From positions 113,321 through 177,320 of the forward strand of contig WELA01000598.1 of assembly GCA_009602735.1 (NCBI GenBank): DNA of 64,000 nt, in the 5' to 3' direction. The position numbers were made by a program, and so were the translations under genes. This document shows positions 1-12,802 of this stretch, piece after piece. Below the pieces are notes generated by a model. It made no database searches. It had not been told where the DNA came from and was given only the letters and a program-made list of their open reading frames with translations. Origin of the DNA: Mesotaenium endlicherianum. Lineage: Eukaryota. Positions within the stretch are counted from its first letter, which is position 1. Each line of letters opens with the position of its first letter.

Positions 1-206
1 CCACCACTCAATTTGGCCCTTTTCAATCAGAAGATCACTAGGTGCTTAGATTCCTCCCATACCAAGATGACACGTTTGTTCCGATGGAGGCCCTTAATTG
101 GACCAATGTTGTGACAGTAAGACGGAAGCCATTAGTAGCTATTCTGGTGCCTTGTGTGGATTCACTTCATGGCAGTAAATTCCAGCTTTCACATTGCTGT
201 TCACTG

Positions 207-233
207 CACCCTGAGAATGGGCAAGGGGCGAAA
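207..233 (+). repeat. left terminal inverted repeat of the CMC element
   Basis: caccctgagaatgggcaaggggcgaaa, preceded by TG. Confidence 0.92.
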
Positions 234-1005
234 CTCAAAATAGGGGTTCGTTTTTGGCAAGGGCTGGCGCGATTTTAACCAATTTGGAGGCTGGAAATGA
301 ATAACCACATGTCTTGCATCCCGCTGGAAAATAAGCCCAAGTTAGAACGGCTTGTTTTTCCATTGATCCTTAGGATTGTTTTCCTGCCCACTTAGTGACG
401 TTTGTGTACCCCTGTTGTTGGTTGTTAATTCCACCCTCAATCCTGGAATACAATACACCCCGTCTTCTCACTGTACACTTTTTCTTCTTAATTATGCACA
501 TTCTGTACACCAAAATAGTGGAGTTATTTCCTGCCTCTTGGGATGTGCGTTATTATTCTCCTCCAAGGTGTGCACTATCCTTCTCCTTTTTGACACATTT
601 CCCTTTGAAATTGTGGGAGGAATTTTTCTTCAAATGCTTACCATCAATTTAAGCCTCCAACACTCTCCAAATGCCAGTAACAAACTGCATAATTAATGTT
701 CAATGCGATTCATATTCACACAATAAAAAGTAATGTACATTTCCATTGTATCCACAACTCTACAACTACTACTCAACTACTGGTTACACTTCATTTCGAG
801 GATTGCTCTTACCAATAAAGCCAACAGGCTACCTACTTCAACTAAAAGGCAGCACACATGCCGAGGTGTCTAGATGTGGGACATAGGCCAGCGCTGTCAG
901 ACAAATATCACGCCACAACCTAGTCAAGGTGTCCTCTTACCTCACATCATGCATTCTAGAACTACAAGGCACATGACCCCTGACCACAAGCACCCAGAGG
1001 AACTA

Positions 1006-2692
1006 CTATCTCTTAGTCACTTCTTCTGTTGCTTCTGTACTGGAAGTGAGGGCGAGGCCCTTCCCAACGATGCTGAGAAACTTCCTCTGCTTCCTCGACC
1101 CCCCCTCAGCACTTTTCCCTTGCCTGCACACAACCATTTCATTATCAATGCTGCGCACTTGCACTGTGGTGGTATTCAACGTCACCACATACTGCCCTTC
1201 ATGTGCACGGCAAAGAAACTCATTATTACGATTCTGATGCAGTGGGTGTTACAGGTGTTTTTGGGTGAGTGCGTGCATGTGTCTGTATGCGATGCATAAC
1301 GGAGTATGTTTCGAAGCAACATTGTCATACATACACCCCCCACTCCGCCCACCATTAACCAGCAGCAAAGCAACAAAAGCATTCTGACCGGTGTGTGACA
1401 TGACGCCCAAGCCCTGCTGTGTATGCACATGCACGACGGCTTTCACATGCACCTTTAAGTTCACAATAAAGCAACTATGACAACGCAAAATCTCGAGGGT
1501 AAACACGTGCATTAAATAATAACCTGAACAGCTTGCACATACCTCTATTCATGGAGTACTTTGGAGACATTGGCTCATCATCTTTGTCGTCAGATCCAGA
1601 TGAAGCTCCCTTGTTGCTCTCTTCTGATGGCGCGGACTCACTACTTGAGTCGTTCTTCTTGTCATCGTTCTCGACAGGCGTGTGCTCTGCCGCTGCCACG
1701 TTGACTTTCTGCAACCTCAACCGTTTCCCAAGCCAAGTTAGAACTAATCTGCTTGCATTAGTCCCATTCAAGCAACACGTGCTACATATACTTTCTACCT
1801 TGCAACTTCCTCGCACCTACACTTGCAATGTGAGTCACTTAATTGCGCCTTTCATCCACATGACACTGTGTATTACAATGAACATATATGGCATATAGGC
1901 AATACTTCCACGCAGGTCTGCTCGTGCATGACTTATCTGAGCTTCACCAGGTACTTATGGCACACCATCACTTCATGCATGCACACGAACTCTTCTAAGC
2001 ACAACTGACCTTCTTCTTGCACTTCTCTAGCAGATAGAGCTTCACGCTCTCGTGGAAAGCTGTATGCTCAGGCTTGTAGTCTGCCACGTTGGGCCACCCT
2101 GCTTGCCACGGGTTGTGCTTCTTGAGCAGTGATTCCACAATCCACTCTGCAGACTGATATGTGAGGACACCGGCGGCCTCGTCTTCCCACTCCATCAACC
2201 CCTTTGCCAGCCCCCGCAACATGTGCTTGCTGAGCAGGCGAGTCATTTCTGACCTCAAATTCTTCCACTTCTTGTTCAGTCGCTGCAGCCACACACCCAC
2301 CATTGAACAGTATTAGGAAGCATGTTCTACCAGCCACTCATTGCAAGCAGATTAACTACAAACTCGTGAACAGTATAGGTGCACTGCAGTTGCTCTATCT
2401 ATCCGCATTACAATGTGCATTCGGATGTCCTTACCTTCAATAAATCAGCCAGAAGTGTCTTTCCAGGAGCGTAGAATGTTTTGTTGCGCCTGATGTAGAC
2501 CACCATGTTACTCGCCTTCGCTGTGGGCTTTGTGTAACCTCTGAGCACTTTCTCTGTTATAGGGTCCTGAAGGCGAAGCAGGACCTTGAGAACCATTTCT
2601 ACCTGCTTCATTGCTTGCACCTCATCTGTCATTAACCAAAAAGTGAGGTTGAACTTACGCAACGCGTTCCACACCTCCTTCACGGCTTTAAC
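1006..2692 (-). CDS. spliced accessory gene of unknown function inside the CMC element (first and last exons uncertain)
   Basis: Three phase-compatible GT-AG exons: 2692-2435 (VKAVKEVWNALRKF...LADLLK), 2282-2010 (RLNKKWKNLRSEM...LEKCKK) and 1708-1543 (acidic/Ser-rich). A probable last exon lies near 1191-1006, but its phase is unresolved. The KKWKNLR motif is reminiscent of a Myb/SANT-like helix (inference). Confidence 0.6.
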
Positions 2693-3590
2693 CTGCAACA
2701 TATCCTCAACATATCACTCCTCTCACAATTAAGTCATACATACCCCATGGGTACGTGTCACATTCACTTATGCATTCACCTAGTGCAGCAGAGAACACGC
2801 AGACAGCTGCAATACCCACACAGTTCAATAATCAGCATGTTATTTCTGCCTCATGTACTTTCTTTCATCGCCAACACAGTAGGCCATCTGCAGCAGACCC
2901 CATAACGAGCTGATATAGACACAGAGTATCCCCATTCAACACCTGCTAATATGCAGCATGCAGCTGCAGATTGCAGAATGAATCTTGTACTGCACTGCAC
3001 AGTTGTATATATACTGAAAAGTACTTTCACAGTTGAGCTTATTGCAATTACAGCTGATACGGCGAATGCAGAGACGCCATGGCTACAATTATTCTCACTA
3101 GCTACTAGCTGTTTGCTGTTTGATTCCTCAGAGAGATGCATATGAGAGCAGCCATATACGGCGTGAAGCTAAAGCTACTGCCCAATAGATCTCGTCCCTT
3201 TCAATGATCTAGCTCTGCTCACCTACTTTGGTCCATTATAATTCGTCGCACCTCGTAAATTCGACAACACACACGTGGTCGTTTTTTATACCGACGATGT
3301 AAGTTGTACTTCCATCTTGGATACTAACACGTACTCTTTTAATAGGCTTTCATTGCGGGTGAGGTAGGTAGACACATTTTCATCCACCTAAACTCGTCGA
3401 CTTACTGCACCACACAAATCCGCGACTTAGGTGAATATGCCAGGTACACTTCCAAACTCAATTTAGGTCTCCATTGGGTCCCCGAGGACTCTCCTGCTTC
3501 ATGCTCACTAGTTAAGTATATTCTTTCAACACACCTCTCTCAGAATCATATGTCGCGTTTGTATTTGTAGGCACGTCATAGGTAAACACA

Positions 3591-6588
3591 ATGTCCTCCT
3601 CTAGACTTGACAAGGTTTTGGAGGACTCCAAACGAGTATTTTTGCAACTCACTGTCCTACAAAATGAAGAACAGTCTCTACTAGGGCCGAAAAATGAAGC
3701 TTCTGCCAATGCTGTGCAAAAAATGCAAATGCAGCTCGACAAGGTTAGCTTGGAGAAGTCTTTCCTGCAAGAACAAATAGCAACATTAGAGGGTATAATT
3801 GCAGCACGTTGCAAGCACGACAGTAAGTACTGTGAAGAGAAACGACAAGAGTGGGTTAAGAAAAACCTTGCCCTGAAGGTGGAGAGGAACTCACTCGCCG
3901 AAAGAATGGCGCTCTTTAAGGCGCATAGAAGCCATATTGATTGCAATCAAACTTATTTCAACTGGCAAAATGTAGTTCCCAGGGAACTCACACATCAATT
4001 GCTATTGGAGGATTCACAAGGTGTTGAAGACAGGGAGAAGACAGCTGTGCTTCATTTGAGCTCCCCGAGCTGTCGGATCCAAGAACCACAACCACAGGCA
4101 CCAGAGGCAGGCATTCAAGACGCAATACACGTTGTCAAGCGCGCCCCCTCATCTCTCAATGTAAGCTGCTATACTCGCGTGTCATTGTATTACACCTTCT
4201 GCAGCCCCCCTTATCGTTAAGTGCATGTATGTTTCAGGAACCCCTCTTTGTTCTACAAGTTCCTTCTCCTACACACTACTTTTGAATTCATGACATATAC
4301 TATAGGAAGTATACATGCGGGGCCCCTTCTCCTCAATTGTGGGTGGTCCTGGATGATCCAATCCCGCCTACATATACTCTTTAAGCAATCTCCCTCTTCA
4401 TTTTCGCTTCCCCTAGCTGTCACCAACTGTGAGGTTAAATGGGGTCTATTTTTTGTCTCTTACCCTTTGCCTGCATCATGCTTGTGCATTGCCCTCACCT
4501 TCACCCCCCCCTTTTGCGTGTATTACTCACTCAGCCCCCAATCCGGCCCCTTATTCTTGCCTGTATCTGATGTTCTGCCTTTCTTTTTCGATTACTATCC
4601 ACTCACAGTACGCTCTCACCTGTGTGTGTCTCACTCTTTATGTCATGCTCCTTTGTCTAATTCTATTTACTATGCCCTTTGCCCTCGAGCCTGCGCTTTC
4701 TCTCATTGTCCTTCCTTTGCCATGCATATGTGCACCTCTGGCCTTACATTAGTGCCCACCCTCGCCTTCATCACCACTCACTGTGCCTTTCTTCCCTTCC
4801 ATTGCCCTTGCAAGTGCTTTATCTTGCCAGCTGTTTTCTTCTGTGCCTCTCCTGCTACTCTATCCGCTCATCCGCTCTTTTGGCTATATCGGATTACTTA
4901 GATGTTGTCATGATGCATTATGTATCCTAGCTGTGTCTGTGCCAGAACCCTTATTCCCCAATTTAGGCATACATATTCTCTTGCCTTTCTTTGTGCTGGT
5001 TTCCCCCTCTCCCTTCCTGTCCTCTCTTTTGCCTTGGCCCTCTACCTCTTTCCTGCATTTGGTGCTGTAGCTATCGATTATGCTTAGTGCTTGTTTGTTG
5101 CTCAATGTGAACTTGAGCTATATGTCACCCGACTTGCGGGACTTCCTCGACATACTCCTCTCTTGAATTGGTTTCTGACAGAGAGAGCTGGCGAGGGGAG
5201 CGTCCCCGGGGGACGATGAGGGGCCAACGAAACCCATTCGTCTCTTTCCTTATCAAGGCTCTCTCGTTGTACTTGTATGCACTTCCATGTGCCAGGAAGG
5301 GATACTCACTGCTGATGAGGTTCGTTTAACTTACCATCCTTTCATAGGATCCTTTTTTTGCACACCTTGTGTTAAAACTCTATCATGCATTTTTTTGTGG
5401 TTCAATTTGTGACATTCTTTCTCTGTTTTTCCAGCAGCAGGTAGCTCTTGTAAGGGAAAAAGGTGTTTCTGAAGACCCGCATGCTATCCGGGTTGATAAT
5501 TCAAGGGGCTCAACTGTTGGCTATGTGCCTCAAGAAGTGAGCAAGCATCTCTCCCCGCTCATTGACACCCCAGGTTGGGTAAGGATGTTCGGTACTGTTG
5601 CGAGATGGAGAGAAGGAGCACCTCAGGTACCATGGCCTTATGTTTTACTCTCCAGCCATGTCTCCCATGAATAGCATCTGCTTGCCGCATGCCATGGAAT
5701 GATTGCATGGTTGTCACTGTTTGAAATGCAATGATTGGGCGTGTGTTGGGCAGAGGGGTGGAGAGGGCGGGGCAACATACCTTGGGTCATAACCTACCTA
5801 TGTGCCTCATGCACTACCTGTTCCTTCTATGCATGCTAATGCAGGTCCCCTATTCTTGCATGGTTTGTTTTTGTGCATGTATGTGCTGTGCTGCAGCTTC
5901 GTTGCATATTCAACCTATACTTTTCCAGGCAATATGAATCATACATCAAAGGCAAACTTAAGCAAGGAAGTCTGGTCATGATTCATGTTGAGAGATTGAA
6001 GAACACGTCGGTCGAGGACGCCTACATGAGTGGTGTTTCGGAACCTTACAATGTGACATGCTCCCTTCAACAGCCACAGACACCACTTCCACAAGTGAAA
6101 CAAGCTGTTGACCGCGCTAAAAAGGTATGCATTATTGATTTATCAGATTGATTTACATGCTCTTTAGTTAGTTTATTTGCCACTAGCATCAGCTACTATG
6201 TTCATTAAGAATTACTGGTTGCCTACATGCATGCTCTGGAGTTGAGAGGGGCTCATTTTAGTTCTTGACTATGCGGCAGAATGTGTTTTTCACATGCTTT
6301 TCCTTTTTGTAATTACAATATATGACACTGCTCCTGACATATGCAGATTTCTTGCACACATGCTTGCAGAGGACGCACGGCGAAGATGCTCTTAGCAATG
6401 CCGGGCAAGAGGACTGCCCTCACCCGAGTGCAATGCCTTCTTGGGGACTTGACCAATTGGGACAAGGTAGGGGCAATGTCTTACGTCCGCTCAACTCAAA
6501 TGACGGTACTTCAGGCATATTAGAGCAGCCTGATGACAACAATGCTCTAGGCCGAAAGTTCTCGTGGAAGAGAATGTGTCAACATTAG
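3591..6588 (+). CDS. coiled-coil + HIRAN-domain protein (~448 aa) encoded inside the CMC element
   Basis: join(3591-4160,5182-5319,5435-5626,5897-6124,6370-6588). All introns are GT-AG and phase 0, giving an open frame. Exon 1 is heptad-like and rich in L/Q/E/K. Exons 2-4 give 'GILTADE-QQVALVREKGVSEDPHAIRVDNSRGSTVGYVPQEVSKHLSPLID', which matches the HIRAN pattern L-x-RE-x-x-N-x-x-D-x-x-AI-x-V...VGY[IV]P...LS-x-L-x-D of HLTF/Rad5. Confidence 0.8.
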
Positions 6589-7074
6589 GACATAGGTAGA
6601 CAAGTAACAGTGCTTAACATTTTTTAAAAGAAATCGTTTTATGATATTTTGTTCCACTTCAAAAATGGCATGTGTTCAAATTCAACAATGAAGAAGAATT
6701 GCCTCAAGAATATATGAAGAAGGAAATATTGGTGCCTTATCGGGTCATCTGTGACTGCATTTGATGCACCGTGGAGTGCCTAATACGATAACATGTTCAT
6801 AGTACACCTTGTGCCACAAGTAAACTACCCCAGCATTTAATATCCGTATGGAAAGTACACCTAGTCTACAAAGGTTTTGACAATCAAAACCCACACGACA
6901 TAATATGCAAAGAGAACCAACTTGTGTCTAATTTCTCTGGTAGTCGGAATTGTCACTTGAACTCGACACTTGCAGTCCAGCTGCCAGCCCAAGCATCCAA
7001 GAAAGATAAAGTTTTTTACAGCGATGACAGGGAGAGGGGAAGAGGGATAAAACAGATTGAGCGAGGAATTCACA

Positions 7075-7079
7075 TATAC

Positions 7080-7110
<31 letters not shown>

Positions 7111-7111
7111 C

Positions 7112-7183
<72 letters not shown>

Positions 7184-7617
7184 NNNNNNNNNNNNNNNNN
7201 NNNNNNNNNNNNNNNNNNNNNNNNNNNNNNNNNNNNNNNNNNNNNNNNNNNNNNNNNNNNNNNNNNNNNNNNNNNNNNNNNNNNNNNNNNNNNNNNNNNN
7301 NNNNNNNNNNNNNNNNNNNNNNNNNNNNNNNNNNNNNNNNNNNNNNNNNNNNNNNNNNNNNNNNNNNNNNNNNNNNNNNNNNNNNNNNNNNNNNNNNNNN
7401 NNNNNNNNNNNNNNNNNNNNNNNNNNNNNNNNNNNNNNNNNNNNNNNNNNNNNNNNNNNNNNNNNNNNNNNNNNNNNNNNNNNNNNNNNNNNNNNNNNNN
7501 NNNNNNNNNNNNNNNNNNNNNNNNNNNNNNNNNNNNNNNNNNNNNNNNNNNNNNNNNNNNNNNNNNNNNNNNNNNNNNNNNNNNNNNNNNNNNNNNNNNN
7601 NNNNNNNNNNNNNNNNN

Positions 7618-7658
<41 letters not shown>
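7075..7658. repeat. (TA)n and (GA)n microsatellites flanking an assembly gap (N 7184-7617)
   Basis: TA run about 7075-7113; GA runs 7114-7183 and 7618-7658. Confidence 0.97.
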
Positions 7659-7665
<7 letters not shown>

Positions 7666-9543
7666 AGAGAGGGAGAGGGAGAGACATTTAGAGAGAGAGA
7701 GAGGAGAGAGGACGGGAATTGGGGCAGAGACGTACCGGTGCAGGAGGGTGCTGACGAGAGTTGCCCCCTTCAATAGGTATTTCCGCATAGCCAATCTCAG
7801 CGCAGAGGCCCGTCTGCCCCCCTTCCTCCAGCCGACATCCTGCATCACCATGTGAACAAAAGAGGGAGAGCAACAAAATACAAGGAGAGAGAGAGATCGA
7901 TAGTGAGCAAGAGAGATCAAAATAGTGAACAAATACAACAAGAAAGTGAGAGAGAGAGATAGAGAGGGTGTGTTAGTGATACACAGCGCGCTGACCAAAT
8001 ACGCCCACACCCCCTAGATATCACAGCTGCCGTCCGTCACTCACAAGGCGCACGCAACATTTGTGCATATCCTGTGACCACGAGCGCCTCGCTCGCGCGC
8101 GCTTTCACACTCGCTGCAGGCTCCGGGGGTCTAGGGTTTGGAGTCAGGGTTTTTGGGTCTGGGGCAGGGGTTTGGGGTGGGATTGAACTCAATATAGGTT
8201 CCTATTCTTGGCCTCTCTCGTTTCCTCATCCTTCAGTCCGCCGGCCACACCTAGTCGGCGGATAGGGAGGCAGAGGCGGAGGAGGAGGAGAGAGCCGACG
8301 TCGAGGGTTCAAAAATCTTGAACGAGGATTACAGCACCATGCAGAAGGCCATGGGCAACAACGGTGCGCCGCATTAAACCCAAAAATCCCCCAAACTCTA
8401 ATAAACAGCTCAAATCTTGATTAACTTCAAAGTTAAAAATACCATACACCCTAATCCGGAGCCAAGAGGCCAAACTCAAGCCCCATCTTGAGCGTAAAAA
8501 CCCTAATCTTGAAACTAGCACTCTGGCCCCTGGCCCTCATTTTTGGTCAGGTTCAGGCGGGAGCTCCAGACGTCGCCAAACTTGAAAAGGAAGAGAAAAG
8601 CAAAACACATATAAGAAAACAAACAAACAGACAAAGAAAAGTAAAGATTCCCAGCCGTCTCCTGGCTCTGGCTCCAGATTTGAGCGGCCGAGTGGACAAC
8701 GGGGATTCGGCAGTATTAAGAAAGCACGACAAGTGCCAAAGCACCAAGCAATGTGAACGGTCACATGCAGGCGGGTCCTTGTGGCCCTAGGCCCCCACGT
8801 CTAAACCCTAGGCCCTGGGGCTGGCCCCTAGGCCCCGGTCAGAGCCTTTGTGACCTGATCCCCCCTTCCCCCCTTCAAACTCTCCTCTTCCCCCTGGCGT
8901 GCCCCCCTTTTTCACTTCCCCTCCCTTAACTTGAAGAGAATTTAGGACTTTGGGTTTATATTTCTTATCCCCTCTCCCTCCCCAGGCGGGCCCTCTCCTC
9001 AACATCCCGGCCTCTTTCCCTCACCCAAGAAGAGCTACACACTAAACCTAGTCCTAACCCTAAGCCCCAGTTCCTCAAACCCTGTCCTGAAACCTCTGGC
9101 AGCAGACTCTGCGAACGAACGCTCTTCAGGGGGTATGTGCATCTATCTGTACGCACGGCCCTAAACCCTAAACCCAAAAGCTTCTCCCAAAGGATGCTTC
9201 GGGACCATCCACAGAACTACCAAGTGGGAGAAAGCAAAAACTTAATCGATCCACGGATGCGCTGTCAGCTCCTCCCCCCCCCCNTCTACATAAGGTTTGG
9301 GTTGAAGGCTTGGGTGAACACTCTAGAAAGAGCGCATCCTCTGCCATATCCCCCCCCCACGCTGAGTGCCTCCTCCCTCCCACTCGGGAAGCGCCCGGTC
9401 CGAGGGCAGAGGGCAGCTTGGAGCGACGGGGATGTAGAGCCGGCCAGCCGATTGTTGCGCGGCTGCTGACACCTGTCGCCGTGCACCGCACTGACTAAGT
9501 GCTCGCTTGCGTGTCTGCATGAGAAAGGGGGGGGGGGGGGGGG

Positions 9544-10498
9544 NNNNNNNNNNNNNNNNNNNNNNNNNNNNNNNNNNNNNNNNNNNNNNNNNNNNNNNNN
9601 NNNNNNNNNNNNNNNNNNNNNNNNNNNNNNNNNNNNNNNNNNNNNNNNNNNNNNNNNNNNNNNNNNNNNNNNNNNNNNNNNNNNNNNNNNNNNNNNNNNN
9701 NNNNNNNNNNNNNNNNNNNNNNNNNNNNNNNNNNNNNNNNNNNNNNNNNNNNNNNNNNNNNNNNNNNNNNNNNNNNNNNNNNNNNNNNNNNNNNNNNNNN
9801 NNNNNNNNNNNNNNNNNNNNNNNNNNNNNNNNNNNNNNNNNNNNNNNNNNNNNNNNNNNNNNNNNNNNNNNNNNNNNNNNNNNNNNNNNNNNNNNNNNNN
9901 NNNNNNNNNNNNNNNNNNNNNNNNNNNNNNNNNNNNNNNNNNNNNNNNNNNNNNNNNNNNNNNNNNNNNNNNNNNNNNNNNNNNNNNNNNNNNNNNNNNN
10001 NNNNNNNNNNNNNNNNNNNNNNNNNNNNNNNNNNNNNNNNNNNNNNNNNNNNNNNNNNNNNNNNNNNNNNNNNNNNNNNNNNNNNNNNNNNNNNNNNNNN
10101 NNNNNNNNNNNNNNNNNNNNNNNNNNNNNNNNNNNNNNNNNNNNNNNNNNNNNNNNNNNNNNNNNNNNNNNNNNNNNNNNNNNNNNNNNNNNNNNNNNNN
10201 NNNNNNNNNNNNNNNNNNNNNNNNNNNNNNNNNNNNNNNNNNNNNNNNNNNNNNNNNNNNNNNNNNNNNNNNNNNNNNNNNNNNNNNNNNNNNNNNNNNN
10301 NNNNNNNNNNNNNNNNNNNNNNNNNNNNNNNNNNNNNNNNNNNNNNNNNNNNNNNNNNNNNNNNNNNNNNNNNNNNNNNNNNNNNNNNNNNNNNNNNNNN
10401 NNNNNNNNNNNNNNNNNNNNNNNNNNNNNNNNNNNNNNNNNNNNNNNNNNNNNNNNNNNNNNNNNNNNNNNNNNNNNNNNNNNNNNNNNNNNNNNNNN
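9544..10498. other. assembly gap flanked by poly-G
   Basis: 955 N with G runs on both sides. Confidence 0.99.
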
Positions 10499-10589
10499 GG
10501 GGGGGAGGGGGGAGTGCAACGGTTGTGTATAGATGCGAAGCGGACATTGGCATAGTCGGGCTTTGTCCGACGTCGTGAGGGCATAAAGT

Positions 10590-12510
10590 GTGTGAACAAA
10601 AGAGGGAGAGCAACAAAGACAAGGAGAGAGAGAGATGGTGAGCGAGAGAGGGCAAAATAGTGAACAAATACAGCCAAAAAGAGGGAGAGAGAGAGAGAGA
10701 GGGTGTGTAGGAGTAGGGAAAGGCAAGCACTCAGTGGGCATACCTGCACACATAAGTTTCACGCCAGCTGCCCCCTCACGGACAGGCTCAGCTGAGATAA
10801 CCATATGCCACCCTCCCTCCAGCCGACATCCTGCATCACCGTATGGACAAGAGAGAGAGCAAATGAGAAACAAAGAGAGAGAGAACGTGAGCAGAAAGGG
10901 AGTGAAGAAAGGAAGAGAAGAACAGAAAGCTAACGAGAGCGAGCAAGAGAGAGAGAAGGATGAGAGAGAGAGGGGAATAGGGGCACGAGACGGGCGAGCA
11001 GACAGGAGGCATACCGGTGTAGGGAGGTGTTGACGCCAGCTGCCCCCTTCATATGGCCAATCTCAGTGCAGAGAAGCAACTGCCCCCCTTCCTCCAGCCG
11101 ACATTCTACATCACCACATTGACAAGAGAGATAGGGAGAGAGAGAAAGTTAGCAAGAGAGGGCCGTCGAGGGAGCAAAGTAGCAAAAAAGCGAGCTTGAG
11201 AGGGAGAGGGGGAGGGTGAGAGAGAGAGAGAGAGAGGAGAATATGGATGGGGACAGGCAAGCACTCAGGGGTCATACCAGCACAGATAGGTGTTCACGCC
11301 AGCTGCACCCTTCAAAATCTTTTTGCGCATGGACAACCTCAGCAAAGAGAACCATCTGCCACCCTCCCACCGGCAACATCCTGCATCACCTAATGGGAAA
11401 AAGAGAGAGCAAGCAGGATAGTAGGAGAGGAAGAAAGTGATCGAGAGTGGGAGAGCAAAAGAGACCTAAACAGAGCAAGCGGGAGTAAGAGAGACACCCA
11501 AAGAGTGAGGGAGGGTTTATAGGGGCAGGGACGGGCACGAAATGTGGAGACACACCAGTGCAGGGAGGGGTTGACACCAGATGACCCCTCTGCGAGCTTT
11601 TCGCGCATGAACAGGCTTAGTGCAGAGATGCATCTGCCACACTCCCTCCAGCCAACAGCGCGCTTCTCTTTATGGACAGAGGTGAGGTGGCGAGAAAGAT
11701 AAGAAGAGAGAGAAAAAGTGGACAGTGGGAGAGAAAAGGAGCTAGCAGAGAGAGCGAGCGAGAGTGACAGACAGGAAGACAAAGAGAGGGAAATAGGGGC
11801 AGTGATGGGAGAGCAGTCATGAGACACACCGTTGCAAGGAGGTGTTGACGCCAGCTGCCCCCTTTGATAGGCTTTTTCGCATGACCAGTCTTTGCTCAGA
11901 GAACCATCTCCCCCCCTTCCTCTAACCGACATCCTGCGTCAACTTATGGACAAAAGAGAGAGCAAGAGAGATTGGAAGAGAGAAAGAGAGAGAGACAGTG
12001 AGCAAATGGGGGCAGAAGAGGGAGCAAAGTAGCAAACAAGCGAGGGAGAGAGGAGAGAGGGAAAGAGAGTGAGGGGAAAAGGGGTGGGGACAGGGAAGCA
12101 CTCAGGAGGCATACCGGCGCAGATAGGTGTTCACGCCACCTCCACCCTTCAAATGCTTTTTGCGCATGGACAAGCTCAGGAAAGATAATCACCTGCCACC
12201 CTAACTCCACCCAAATTCGTGCGTCACCTTATGGAGTATAAGCAAGGTGGATAGTAAGAGAGAGAAAGTGAACGAGAATGGAAGAGCAAAACAGAGTGCA
12301 AAACAGAGCGAGCAAGAGTAAGAGAGACACCCAAAGAGTGAAAGAGGGTAATTGGGGAAGGGACAGGCAAAAGCCGAGGAGACACACCAGTGCAAGGAGG
12401 TGCTGACACCAGCTGGCCCCTCTGCGAGCTTATTGCACATGGATAGGCTCAATGAAGAGAACCATCTGCCACCCTCCCTCCAGCGGACATACCCCATCAC
12501 CATATGCCTA
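10590..12510. repeat. degenerate tandem array of ~275-280-bp units (about 7 copies, plus a further copy at ~7620-7980)
   Basis: The core 'catctgccaccctccctccagccgacatcctgcatcacc' recurs near 7812, 10802, 11078, 11352, 11631, 11905, 12191 and 12462, separated by GA-rich spacers. Confidence 0.88.
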
Positions 12511-12802
12511 CAAGAGAATATGTGCTTAATTTTGCATGATTGCATAGTTGAAAACAGAGGACCACATGGCACCCATAGACCAGAAAGCGCTCCAGAAAAA
12601 GTGGTGCAAAACAGGAGGACATGAAAGGCGGGGAGGGCTACAGGTTGAGTGGGGGTAGGATGTAGAATACATACCTGCCTTAGGACGCGGATAGTTGAAG
12701 CTTGAGGCATCACAAAGAGGTTACACATAACAAGGCCTTTTAAGGCCCCACTATGTCCAGCATGCTGAGATCTCTAACGCAGTCACGTCTAGGTGCACCT
12801 GG

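Noticed and set aside
202..206. CACTG as a canonical CACTA terminus with a 3-bp TSD
   Set aside because: The right end has no complementary CAGTG. The inverted match stops at 207/18087, and only 2 bp (TG) are duplicated.
4221..5070. 226-aa and overlapping hydrophobic ORFs
   Set aside because: They lie in the pyrimidine-rich intron 1 of the HIRAN gene, and the composition explains the lack of stops
6928..10873. Long ORFs containing X runs
   Set aside because: Artefacts of reading through N gaps and microsatellites
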